Virus record (IMG/VR): IMGVR_UViG_3300044709_000083
Span: 1 to 44,734 of that record
Length of the DNA stretch: 44,734 nt
Reading direction: 5' to 3' (one strand)
Origin: a virus
Taxonomy: Duplodnaviria; Caudoviricetes
In this document: positions 16,106 to 24,900 of the stretch, one piece after another
How positions within the stretch are numbered: position 1 is the stretch's first letter
How the letters are laid out: each line of letters starts with the position of its first letter
Program-made: the position numbers and the translations under genes
The notes under the pieces: generated by a model
Seen by the model: the letters and a program-made list of their open reading frames with translations, nothing else
Databases searched by the model: none
What the model was told of the DNA's origin: nothing

Positions 16106-16521
16106 TGATGCACTCTAACGGCAGTTGGGACCGCCGGCATTGCGACAACGACGAAAGGGCTGCGAGGGCTGCTTTCTGCGCTCGTGCCGGCGGTATTCGT
16201 GGCCGTCAGCGTCGCTTCGTAGTTCCCCGAGGCCAGCCCCGGCGTCAGGAGCGGCCCGGTCCCCGGATCCGTCCACAGGCAGACGCGGCCCGCATTCACC
16301 AGATCCGTCCAGTCAATTTTTGACGGATTGGTGACAGGAATCGTCACCGTCGGCGGCACAAGATTACACACGACTTGCGCGGCCGTGATCGTCGTCGTCC
16401 TGACTGGCGTTGGTGCCCCGGCCACGTAGATCCGAATCGTGTAGGAGTCGGGATTCTGGGCCGCGACGACCGCCCCGGCGCCGAGGATGAACAGCACGCA
16501 CGTCAGCGTCAGAGATCTCAC
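16102..16521 (-). CDS. Secreted fibronectin type III-like protein
   Basis: Sec signal MRSLTLTCVLFILGAGAVVAA-Q; Fn3-like GNYEATLTATNTAGTSAES. Confidence 0.75.
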   Translation of the reverse strand: MRSLTLTCVLFILGAGAVVAAQNPDSYTIRIYVAGAPTPVRTTTITAAQVVCNLVPPTVTIPVTNPSKIDWTDLVNAGRVCLWTDPGTGPLLTPGLASGNYEATLTATNTAGTSAESSPRSPFVVVAMPAVPTAVRVHQ

Positions 16522-17561
16522 AGGGTCGCTCTCCAGTCCGCATATTCGTTCAGGCAGTCAACGGCTGAGACAAACGGTTTCCACAGCGCCCGCATCTTGA
16601 ACCCGTAGGTCCGATCACTCACTGGCTGATGAATGACGTATTGAAAGTCGAGCGCTGGCTTCGGATTGGCTGGATCCTTTTTCAATTTGTAATGAAACTG
16701 CGTAAATCTAATCTCGCCCTCCGGACTCCACGTTTGATCGAACATCACCTGATAGACCAAGCCATGCCGTGAGAGGCCGTAATACGTCGGCACCGTGTAG
16801 CGCGGCCAGGTGTAGCTATTAATACAGATCGCCGTTGAGTGATTCGGTTCGACCGTCAGCGGGAAGGCGGTTTCATGGATCCAGTTACCGCCGGTGTTGT
16901 AGGCGTCGTAGAGGCCCGTCTTCGGATTGAGCGTGGCGTCCGCGGCGATCCACGTTTCCGGCGCGCCGAGCGCCGTCAGACCCCGGAAGTGCAACGCCGT
17001 ATCGATCACTGGACTCATGTAGTCCGCGAACATGAACAGCGCGTATTGCGTGGCCCCAAACTGGCCAGCGTCATGCGGCGTCAATCGCACGTCCACGTCG
17101 ATATAGTGCGGCGCGACCATGTGAAAGGTGACGACCGCGCCGACGAGCCACGGCTCATCTTGCCAGCGGCGCACGAGCTGCACCGTCGTCGGACCAATCA
17201 CCGACAGGATGAACGGCCCCGAGCGTGGCGTGAACTGATTGCGCGGATCGTCGTGGCCGGCCATGATGTGCTCGTAGTTGATCCCCCCGCAGCCATAGCC
17301 CCCCGGCCCATCGAAGGCGTTGACGGTCGGATTCGAGAGGTGGATCAGCGAATTGACCCCGTTGATCCGACTTGGGCTGAGCTCGTTGCCTCTGAACTCG
17401 GCGGTGATGTCTCCGAGCACGATCGTATAGCCCGGCGTGATGGCCTGCGTCGTGCCGCCCGTGTCCTTCGCCACCACCACCGTGGCCTTCTCAAAAATGG
17501 AGGACATCGCGAGGCCGACCGCCCCGGCGCCCCCGAGAAACCCGCGGCGATCCGTCGTCAT
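16518..17561 (-). CDS. Tat-exported beta-rich protein (mutarotase-like beta-sandwich suspected)
   Basis: Twin-arginine signal DRRGFLG followed by a hydrophobic stretch; aromatic/beta-strand-rich body. Confidence 0.75.
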   Translation of the reverse strand: MTTDRRGFLGGAGAVGLAMSSIFEKATVVVAKDTGGTTQAITPGYTIVLGDITAEFRGNELSPSRINGVNSLIHLSNPTVNAFDGPGGYGCGGINYEHIMAGHDDPRNQFTPRSGPFILSVIGPTTVQLVRRWQDEPWLVGAVVTFHMVAPHYIDVDVRLTPHDAGQFGATQYALFMFADYMSPVIDTALHFRGLTALGAPETWIAADATLNPKTGLYDAYNTGGNWIHETAFPLTVEPNHSTAICINSYTWPRYTVPTYYGLSRHGLVYQVMFDQTWSPEGEIRFTQFHYKLKKDPANPKPALDFQYVIHQPVSDRTYGFKMRALWKPFVSAVDCLNEYADWRATL

Positions 17562-18652
17562 GGGATCACCACCGTGACCGTGGCCTTCACGCCGGGTTCA
17601 GTCGATACCAGCGTAATCGTCGCCGTCGAGGGCGCAAGGATCAGCGTTTGCCCCACCACCATCGCCGGGTTATCGCGCTTGCTGGACAGCGGCGTCATGT
17701 CCAGCGAATCGTTCCCGCGACGGAGCATCAGCCCCTCAAAGGGCAGGTTGGCATCGAGGCCGATCTTCGTCCGCCATTCGGCAGAGTAGGTCTGGATCGC
17801 GCTGCCTGCCGGGATCCGAATCTCCGCATACATCGGCCCATCCACCTTCGTTTCCATCGGCGGCAGATCGAAGGTATGTGTGCCCGAGCCACTGACGGTG
17901 AGCCGATTCGCATCGGTCAACCAGCCGAGCGCATGGCGCACCTGATTGGGCGTCGCGTAGAAGGTGCCGGTCGGCATCGGGTCGATCCCGATCCCCGTAT
18001 ACGGCCGCCACACGGCGCAATTGCTCGAGAGGGTCACGAGCATCCCGGCCGCATCCCGGCATTGCAACACGCCATACCAGGGAAACCCCATCGAGAACTC
18101 GAGCCGCCAGAGGCCATACGTCGTGGACACCTTCGGCCCCTGGTTCTGCACATGGATCGTGGCGTTGGGCGTGGCTGGATGCTGATACCAGCCGATGATG
18201 TTGTCCCCGGCACACGGCGCGGCGGCCCAGACGACCGTCACATCGGCCGGAACGACACGCGGAATGGGCGGGACCACGGTGGCATCGCCGCCCATCCACC
18301 GATTGAGCGCCGTGCCGATCGCCAGCGTATTGGGATTCCAGAGGCACCCACCGCCCGATCCAGCCGGGCGCGGGAGCACGACGCTGTAAGCCGGTAAGAC
18401 ATCCATCGTGCGAAGCCCGAAGGAATCGTCCCGCAGGAATTGGGCGACTCGCGCGAAGTAGGTGTTCGCGGCCGTGACTTGATCTCCGAGCCACGTCACC
18501 GGCTGCGTCACGCCATACTTGTCAGTCTGGGTGTTGCCTTGGAAGTTGTAGAGCACGACCGCGAGCTTGTCCCGGCGCGTCGGCGTCTGCGACTGCACCC
18601 GCAAGGTGAGCAGGCCGAGGCCAACCGCGACCAACGCAAGCCACATCTTCAA
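17558..18652 (-). CDS. Secreted metzincin-like (M6/M11-type) protein lacking the zinc-binding histidines
   Basis: Sec signal MKMWLALVAVGLGLLTL; FLRDDSFG, DPM Met-turn, ALGWL and EWRTKIGLD are retained; HExxHxxGxxH is replaced by RLEFSMGFPW. Confidence 0.6.
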   Translation of the reverse strand: MKMWLALVAVGLGLLTLRVQSQTPTRRDKLAVVLYNFQGNTQTDKYGVTQPVTWLGDQVTAANTYFARVAQFLRDDSFGLRTMDVLPAYSVVLPRPAGSGGGCLWNPNTLAIGTALNRWMGGDATVVPPIPRVVPADVTVVWAAAPCAGDNIIGWYQHPATPNATIHVQNQGPKVSTTYGLWRLEFSMGFPWYGVLQCRDAAGMLVTLSSNCAVWRPYTGIGIDPMPTGTFYATPNQVRHALGWLTDANRLTVSGSGTHTFDLPPMETKVDGPMYAEIRIPAGSAIQTYSAEWRTKIGLDANLPFEGLMLRRGNDSLDMTPLSSKRDNPAMVVGQTLILAPSTATITLVSTEPGVKATVTVVIP

Positions 18653-19314
18653 TAGGAATACCCCGCCGCCGTCGTGGCATAGGGAAACGTCACAATCTGG
18701 GACCGCTCGCGCACACTGACCGCACTGATCCCGCGCAGCCCACCGGCAAAGACCCCCACCGCGATCGGTTCTCCGACTTCGGGCGTATGCGCCTTCAGGG
18801 CGGGATCGAGATACCAGAGGTTCTGCGGATATTGCACCGGCAGCAGAATGTTGCCGCCGAGCGGGAGCGCCTGATCGAAATAGACATTCAAACTCGCCGC
18901 GACGTGCCAGCCATCGGACAGCTTCGCCCCGAGCGCGATCGTGTAATACACCGGCCCGCTCCAGCCCACGGGCACGATGTCCGGCCAGCGAGGGACAGCG
19001 ACCGTGTCGTATTTGCGGCCAAACGTCAGGACGAAGCCGTTGTCGTGCGTTTCAACCTTGCTCAGTGTCGTCGTAATCGGCCATGCGGTCACGTTGCCGC
19101 CGCCCGTCCATTGCGCCGACTCGAACGGAATCATGTCCCCCGTCACGGGCGGCGGGATCGGCGGCACGGGCGGCGTCGGCCCATCGAGCATGATCAATTC
19201 AAAGGTTTCCCCGAGGCCAATGGCGTCTCGATTCGCAATCAGCGGATGCTGGCCTTGGAACTCATCCCACGCCGTGACAATCTTGCCGTTGAACGCCCGT
19301 AACGCGACTTTCAC
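18649..19314 (-). CDS. Protein with a fascin-like beta-trefoil blade, Pro linker and C-terminal beta domain
   Basis: VALRAFNGKIVTA...LIANRDAIGLGETFELI, then PTPPVPPIPPP. Confidence 0.65.
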   Translation of the reverse strand: MKVALRAFNGKIVTAWDEFQGQHPLIANRDAIGLGETFELIMLDGPTPPVPPIPPPVTGDMIPFESAQWTGGGNVTAWPITTTLSKVETHDNGFVLTFGRKYDTVAVPRWPDIVPVGWSGPVYYTIALGAKLSDGWHVAASLNVYFDQALPLGGNILLPVQYPQNLWYLDPALKAHTPEVGEPIAVGVFAGGLRGISAVSVRERSQIVTFPYATTAAGYSY

Positions 19315-19327
19315 AGACCCTCCAGTG

Positions 19328-19471
19328 TTAGAACAGCAGTGAAGCGACCCAACAGGCCAAGCCTGCCGCGATCAATCGGTTCCAATACGGCTCGGATGGC
19401 GGATAGGGCAACGCGCCAAGCACGAAGAACACGAACGCAAACACGAGGAGCACAAAATGCGTATTCACCAT
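19328..19471 (-). CDS. Small two-TM membrane protein (47 aa)
   Basis: MVNTHFVLLVFAFVFFVLGAL...RLIAAGLACWVASLLF; GAGG upstream. Confidence 0.65.
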   Translation of the reverse strand: MVNTHFVLLVFAFVFFVLGALPYPPSEPYWNRLIAAGLACWVASLLF

Positions 19472-19475
19472 GCGA

Positions 19476-19640
19476 TTACCTCAGATGTCCGAGATTGCCC
19501 GTGAGCAGGAGAATGAGCAGGATGATCAGGAGCAGGCCCACCAGTCCGCCATACTGCGGCCCGCCCCAATCGGCCCGAGGGCCATAGCCGAAGCCCACGC
19601 CGCCGAAGAGTAGCACCAACACGATGATGAGCACTAACAT
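19476..19640 (-). CDS. DUF3309-like small membrane protein (54 aa)
   Basis: MLVLIIVLVLLFGG...GYG...GGLVGLLLIILLILLLTG; AAGGAG upstream. Confidence 0.7.
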   Translation of the reverse strand: MLVLIIVLVLLFGGVGFGYGPRADWGGPQYGGLVGLLLIILLILLLTGNLGHLR

Positions 19641-19652
19641 CGACGGGTCTCC

Positions 19653-20024
19653 TTACTCTTGTTTGGCTCGATCCGCGAGCACATCCGTCCGTTGATCCGC
19701 CGAGGTGCGGCCTTCGCCGCGTCCTTCGAGTAAGCCCTTCGCGTGGGCGGCATACGTCGCGGTTCGCATAAACGCATCGAGGCGGCTGTTGACCGACAAG
19801 TGCGTTTCCTGCGCCTTCATGAATGCCAACAGACTTAAGGTCGTCGGCGCCAAAAAGCCGAGCAGCGTCGTGATGATCAATGTGTTGTCTTGCAGCGGGC
19901 GGAAGATGGCGATCGTCACCACGCCGATCACGCCTAGGCCCATCATGATCACGACGGCGATCACGTAGGGCAGGTTATTCGGCGGCGGGACAACCGTTGG
20001 CGACTCGAAGGACTCAGGCATCAA
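19653..20024 (-). CDS. Two-TM membrane protein, holin-like
   Basis: Two hydrophobic helices followed by a charged tail (ETHLSVNSRLD). Confidence 0.6.
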   Translation of the reverse strand: MMPESFESPTVVPPPNNLPYVIAVVIMMGLGVIGVVTIAIFRPLQDNTLIITTLLGFLAPTTLSLLAFMKAQETHLSVNSRLDAFMRTATYAAHAKGLLEGRGEGRTSADQRTDVLADRAKQE

Positions 20025-20266
20025 TGCTCTTCATACGGGAAGCCGCGCGCATAGGCCGCGATTTCCTGTTTCAGTTGCAAGAGCGAATCCTTCGGCGCGA
20101 GATCCCATCCGGCCAGAATGGCTGTGGACACCGCGAGCGCGTCATTGCTGGACATGCCACTGATGCGGCGTCGGATCCAACTCGCGAACGCTCGCTGTTG
20201 CTTACCGTCTGTCCCCCCGCAGCAAATGGAGAGTACGCAACATACTTCCTGCTCGTCGTCAGGCAT
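20021..20266 (-). CDS. Hypothetical protein with CC..ICC motif
   Basis: 81 aa, coupled. Confidence 0.55.
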   Translation of the reverse strand: MPDDEQEVCCVLSICCGGTDGKQQRAFASWIRRRISGMSSNDALAVSTAILAGWDLAPKDSLLQLKQEIAAYARGFPYEEH

Positions 20267-20853
20267 CAGCGGACTCCTTTGCTTTTGAGGGCGATCATCT
20301 CTTCGCGGAGATTGTTGATCTGGATCCCGTGCAGCGCTTCATTCTTTTTCAGGTCGTCAATGTCTCTGGCCCGCTGCTGATCCGCGCGATCCGCAATCTC
20401 CTGCTGCGTCTTCATCGTCGTCAGAATCGAGGCCACATCGTTGCGAAGCCCCTGATTCATGAACCACGGCCCGGCGACGAGCGTCCCACAGGCCATCAGG
20501 ATCCAGAGCACGACCTGGGGGGAGAAGCGCAACTGCGAGGCTTCCATCGGCGCCCGCCGTTCTTCGTTGTGGCGCCGGTCCTGATTCGCTAGGCGGTCGA
20601 CTTGCTCCAAGATGCGCCGATCATGGTCAAGAATGCGCGCCCCATGTTCACCGACCGTCGCCTCGAGAATGTCGACCTTCTTCTTGAGTTCATCGAAGCG
20701 CTCATGGTTCCGCCCGTGCGCCTCTTCCGCATTGCGGGCGACATCCTCGATTTTTTGTTCCAGCGCGCCGGACGAGAGGGCCATAGGAGCGCTCGGTTCT
20801 GTCACGAGGACCGGGTTGACGAGTGAGAGTGCGCGCACCACTGGAGCATGCAT
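20266..20853 (-). CDS. Coiled-coil protein with one central TM segment
   Basis: Heptad-rich, with TM VVLWILMACGTLVAGPWF; start uncertain. Confidence 0.6.
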   Translation of the reverse strand: MHAPVVRALSLVNPVLVTEPSAPMALSSGALEQKIEDVARNAEEAHGRNHERFDELKKKVDILEATVGEHGARILDHDRRILEQVDRLANQDRRHNEERRAPMEASQLRFSPQVVLWILMACGTLVAGPWFMNQGLRNDVASILTTMKTQQEIADRADQQRARDIDDLKKNEALHGIQINNLREEMIALKSKGVR

Positions 20854-20866
20854 TGAACCCCGCGAC

Positions 20867-21211
20867 CTACCCGAGGGTATTCTCTTCCCCGTTGACAATA
20901 ATCGTCAGAATGTTATTCGTCCCGGCCGCCGCCTGCAAAATTTCGGCAGCTTCCATCACGAGGTAGAGCCAGATGCCGATCACCGACCCGGTCACGCCGG
21001 CCCCGGCTGCGGGAATGCTGTAGGCCGCATAGAACCGCGTCCCGACCGCATCCGCCCCGACCGAGAGTGTCAACGTCACCGGCGATGCGCTTGGGTTCTG
21101 CACATGGATGTAGCGAATGACGGTCTTCGTCGCAGCGGGCACCGTGTAGATCGTGGCCGGTCCCGTGGCGACTTGGGCGGGACCCGCGAGGCGTTTCGGC
21201 GTGCGAGGCAT
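20867..21211 (-). CDS. Small beta-rich virion/tail-associated protein
   Basis: ATIYTVPAATKTVIRYIHVQN...LVMEAAEILQA pattern; follows the tail fibre gene. Confidence 0.7.
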   Translation of the reverse strand: MPRTPKRLAGPAQVATGPATIYTVPAATKTVIRYIHVQNPSASPVTLTLSVGADAVGTRFYAAYSIPAAGAGVTGSVIGIWLYLVMEAAEILQAAAGTNNILTIIVNGEENTLG

Positions 21212-21220
21212 GAGTGCTCC

Positions 21221-21952
21221 TTACGGGAGACCGTAGAGGGTGAACGTCGAGCCATTCGTAAAGGCCGTGCCTTCCGTGGCGAACGTAACGCGCGTGATCG
21301 GGGCCGTCGATTTGAAGCGAAACGTAAACAGGCCAATATTGCCGCCAAGTGTCCCATCATCGTAGCCGTGCGCAATAAGGATCCGCTTCTGAAAGACGGT
21401 GCGCGCATAGTTGATGAGGGTGATCTCGCCCGTCGCGGCGATGTCGGTATTGCCTGATTGCGGAATCGCCGCCCAAAACGCCCCGGCAATCGTCGGCGTC
21501 ACCGGCGTGGCGTAGGCGCTGCTGTTTTGACTCCCGATCCGATACGTCGAACTGTAGTCCGCCGCCGTCACATCGTTGTTGATCCTGACCCGCGCGATCA
21601 CCCCGTCCGTGCCCGCCTGCGTGTCCTGCACGTCATAGAGAATCTTGAGCGAGGTATACGTGCCGGGAATGCTCGTGAAGTCGACCGTGGTCTGGCTGCC
21701 CGCGCAGACGATCTGCGCGATCTGCACCATGCCGCCTGCCGTGCCCGTGGCCCCGGACGCGCCAGTCGCCCCTCGGTCCCCGCGTGGCCCCGGAATCCCG
21801 AAGGCATCGAGGCCATCAGCCCCGTCGAAGCCTTGCGGTCCCGGCGGTCCTTGGATGACCGTCGCCGTCCCAGGGGCCCCGGTCGATCCGGTCTGTCCCG
21901 CCGGTCCCGTGAGGCCGCCGACGACGTTGTGATAGCCCTTCCGCTGTCTCAT
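21221..21952 (-). CDS. Collagen-repeat tail fibre/receptor-binding protein
   Basis: Gly-X-Y repeats, then VDFTSIPGTYTSLKI...TAPITRVTF...GSTFTLYG tip domain. Confidence 0.8.
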   Translation of the reverse strand: MRQRKGYHNVVGGLTGPAGQTGSTGAPGTATVIQGPPGPQGFDGADGLDAFGIPGPRGDRGATGASGATGTAGGMVQIAQIVCAGSQTTVDFTSIPGTYTSLKILYDVQDTQAGTDGVIARVRINNDVTAADYSSTYRIGSQNSSAYATPVTPTIAGAFWAAIPQSGNTDIAATGEITLINYARTVFQKRILIAHGYDDGTLGGNIGLFTFRFKSTAPITRVTFATEGTAFTNGSTFTLYGLP

Positions 21953-24900
21953 GGCCTCGGTGCCCCTCGCCCTGTCACGAGCCCGCGCGCCACGTCGAGC
22001 GCGTTCTCAGGTGCCGTCTTCTCGTCTTGCACATCCATGAGGTAGCCGATCGGCTTGCCGAGGGCTCCAAGGGGAAGATTCGTGATCAGCCCGAGGATGC
22101 TGAGAAAGTCCTTGACTTCCTGCTTCCGCGAACTGTGGCCCGCGAGATCCTTGATGCCCGAGCCGATCATCCCGGCCGTGGGGGAAATGCGAATGTCGTC
22201 ATCGTAACTCTGATCGGTATAGACCGCCCCAAACGCCGCCGTCGCGAACTGCCCCGCAATCGGGAACATGGAGAATGCCGTCTTCACCGATGACCCGAGG
22301 AACAGGTTGAAGATTTCGTCTAGATGCGTGTCGTCGTCGTCGTCGTCCCAGTTGCCGCTCAGCGCATTCAAAATGCCGTTACTCACGGCCGATGAGAGCA
22401 GGAGGCCGAGCGTCCAGACCGAGCCAATGCGTGCGACGCGCGCCGCGAGCCCACGATCCGAGCGCATCGCGATCCCGGTCTCGGTCGTCGTCAAATTCAG
22501 CAACATGTTGAAGTAGGTCGAGAACATCGCCATCGACCGAACGAAGGGCGTATTCGCTTCAAACCGTGAGACATCCTCCGGAAAGAACGAGCCTTGCGTC
22601 TGCCGCACGATACTGTCCGCGTAGCGCACGGCATCGAATCCATGCACGCCTTTCGCAACCGCGTCATCCTTCGCCGCGAGATACACGATGTGATTTACGA
22701 TGTTCTGTGACCCGCTCGCGAGGATCTGACTATGCGCGCGTGTGAACGCGGCCGCCTTCCCGTAGACGGACGGATTCAGCAGGATGTCGTTGACTTGCTG
22801 CTCGATCTCAATCGCTTGTGAGGTGAGAAACGTATCCATGAAGGCCGACTCTTCACGGATCATCGTGCCCATCTCTTGCGGCGCTCTGAGATAGCGCCAG
22901 GCGGCGTTGAGCATAAACCGCTTGTTCTCGATCTTCACGCCCGCCACGATTGCGCCCGTGAACTGTTGCAGCCCGTTGTTGACCGAATACGCCAGCGCCT
23001 GTAGGCCGGTGCGCGTCCGCACCGCCGTCATGAACCGATCCAGCCCCTTCCACTTCCCAGCTTCGTTGATCCGTTGCGTGGCCGAGCGCATCAGCCACGG
23101 CATCAGGAGATCCGCCCCCGCATGCGGGTCATATCCATCAAGCACGCTACGAAGTCCCTTATCCGTCACGAGCCGCGACACGTCTCTGACGGCCGGTTGA
23201 ATGTGCGTGAACCGCAACGCCCAGTCGAGATGTTGCGGAATAAACGCCAGATTCATCGCCAGCGGTTCAAAGACGCGCACGCGCGCAATGGTCGAACGAC
23301 GGCCCACGGTCGGCAGCGTAAAGCTCGTCCCAGACTCAAACGACATCTGTTTCTCGTTGCGAATCTCCGCCGCCTTCGACATCAGCGGGTCGGCCAACGC
23401 CGGCACGTAGCCGCCGCGGTAGGTGCCCCACGGTGTCTCGATCGGATCGGCCTTTACCTCCTTGAAGTAGAAACCGTAGATCGCGTGGTGCGCCTTCTGA
23501 AGTTCCGGCTTCAGCGACTCAAACAGATCCCAGATGCCTTGCGCGAAATCGTAATGTGCCTTGGTGAGCACACCCTCTCGTTGCAGTCGGGCTTCTGTGG
23601 CGTCCCACCGAGACGTATCTAGCACGTCATGGTCATCAATCGTGCCCCATCCCCGGCCGACTAGCCACTTCGCCATATTGCTCGTGGGACCAGTGCGATT
23701 GCCGGTGTGGAGCAACGCGCCGAGCAGTTCGGACATGCCACCCGTGCCATCCGCCCCGAACGTATACGAGACGCGCTCGCCCTGTTTGTTCAACGCCCAG
23801 AGTTCAGGCGCGGCAATCTTGGCCGTGGTTAGGGTCGATTGAATCGGATCGAGCAGCGCGCGATACTCCGTGAGCCGCTGCACCTTGGCCCGCCGAAACA
23901 CGTTGACTCGGTCCTTGACGGCATTGAACAGATACGTTCGGAATGGGCCGAGTTGCCCCTCGTCCATCGCCGTGACCCAGAACTCCACGCGCGAGAGCCA
24001 CGCCTCGCCGCCGAGTGCCAGATTCTTGAGATGATCGAACTTGCTCGGTCGGCCTGCGACGCCGATGTCAGCGTAAGGCGCCTCGCCGCGGGTCTTGAGC
24101 TGCGCGACCATCGCCGCTCGAGCGGTCTCCCTCGAGACCAACTGACCATCAATCTCGATCTGGCCTTCCCGCTTCGAGGTGTCCCAGAGCGCAGCCACAA
24201 GGTCTCGCACGCCGCGGAAGTCATCGACCGTGACCTGTGCGAGCGGCCCCTGCACGCGCCCCACATCGAGATAGTGATCGAGCAGTTCTGAGACTTGCGG
24301 ATCGTAGGTGCGAAGCGTGGTCAGCGCATTCTCGACATCCGCCACGCGATCCGGATAGACCAGCGGCGCGACAAGCGCTCGAGCCGCCGACACATACTCC
24401 ATCGAGCGCGTTTTCGCAAGATTCGCATCAGGCCGAAACAGCCGTTTCCACTGTGACTGTGCGGCGTCGATTTCGTCCCGCACCGCTGTGGCTTCGCGGT
24501 AGAGCGCCAGGTTCAGCAGTTCTTGCTGCTTGGCGAGGATGGCCCCTTGCCGGTCCTGATTCGTGTTCAGGAGGTCAAACGCCCGTTGACTGGCGCGCGT
24601 CGCTGCTGCGAGGAACGACCCGGCGCGGAGGTCTCGAACCTTGGTCCCGGCGATGCGCTTTTGCGCTTCGACCTTGAGCACTTGCGCCGAGGGAATCGTG
24701 CCCGCCATCGTCGTGGCAAGCGCGCGCAGTTCGGTTTGCACCACGGCTTGCCGATGATCCATGACGGCGGCTTGCGCGCGCTCCGCCAGTCGGCCATCGA
24801 GCACCAGATCCCCATGCTTCGCCACCATCCGGCGGTCGGTCTCGGTCTTGATGGCCGTCCCCATCGGCGGCGCGGCTTTCAACGCCTTCTGGAGTTCATC

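Noticed and set aside
21221-21952. BPP-1-type diversity-generating retroelement acting on the tail fibre
   Set aside because: No reverse transcriptase or Avd-like ORF, and I saw no TR/VR repeat pair
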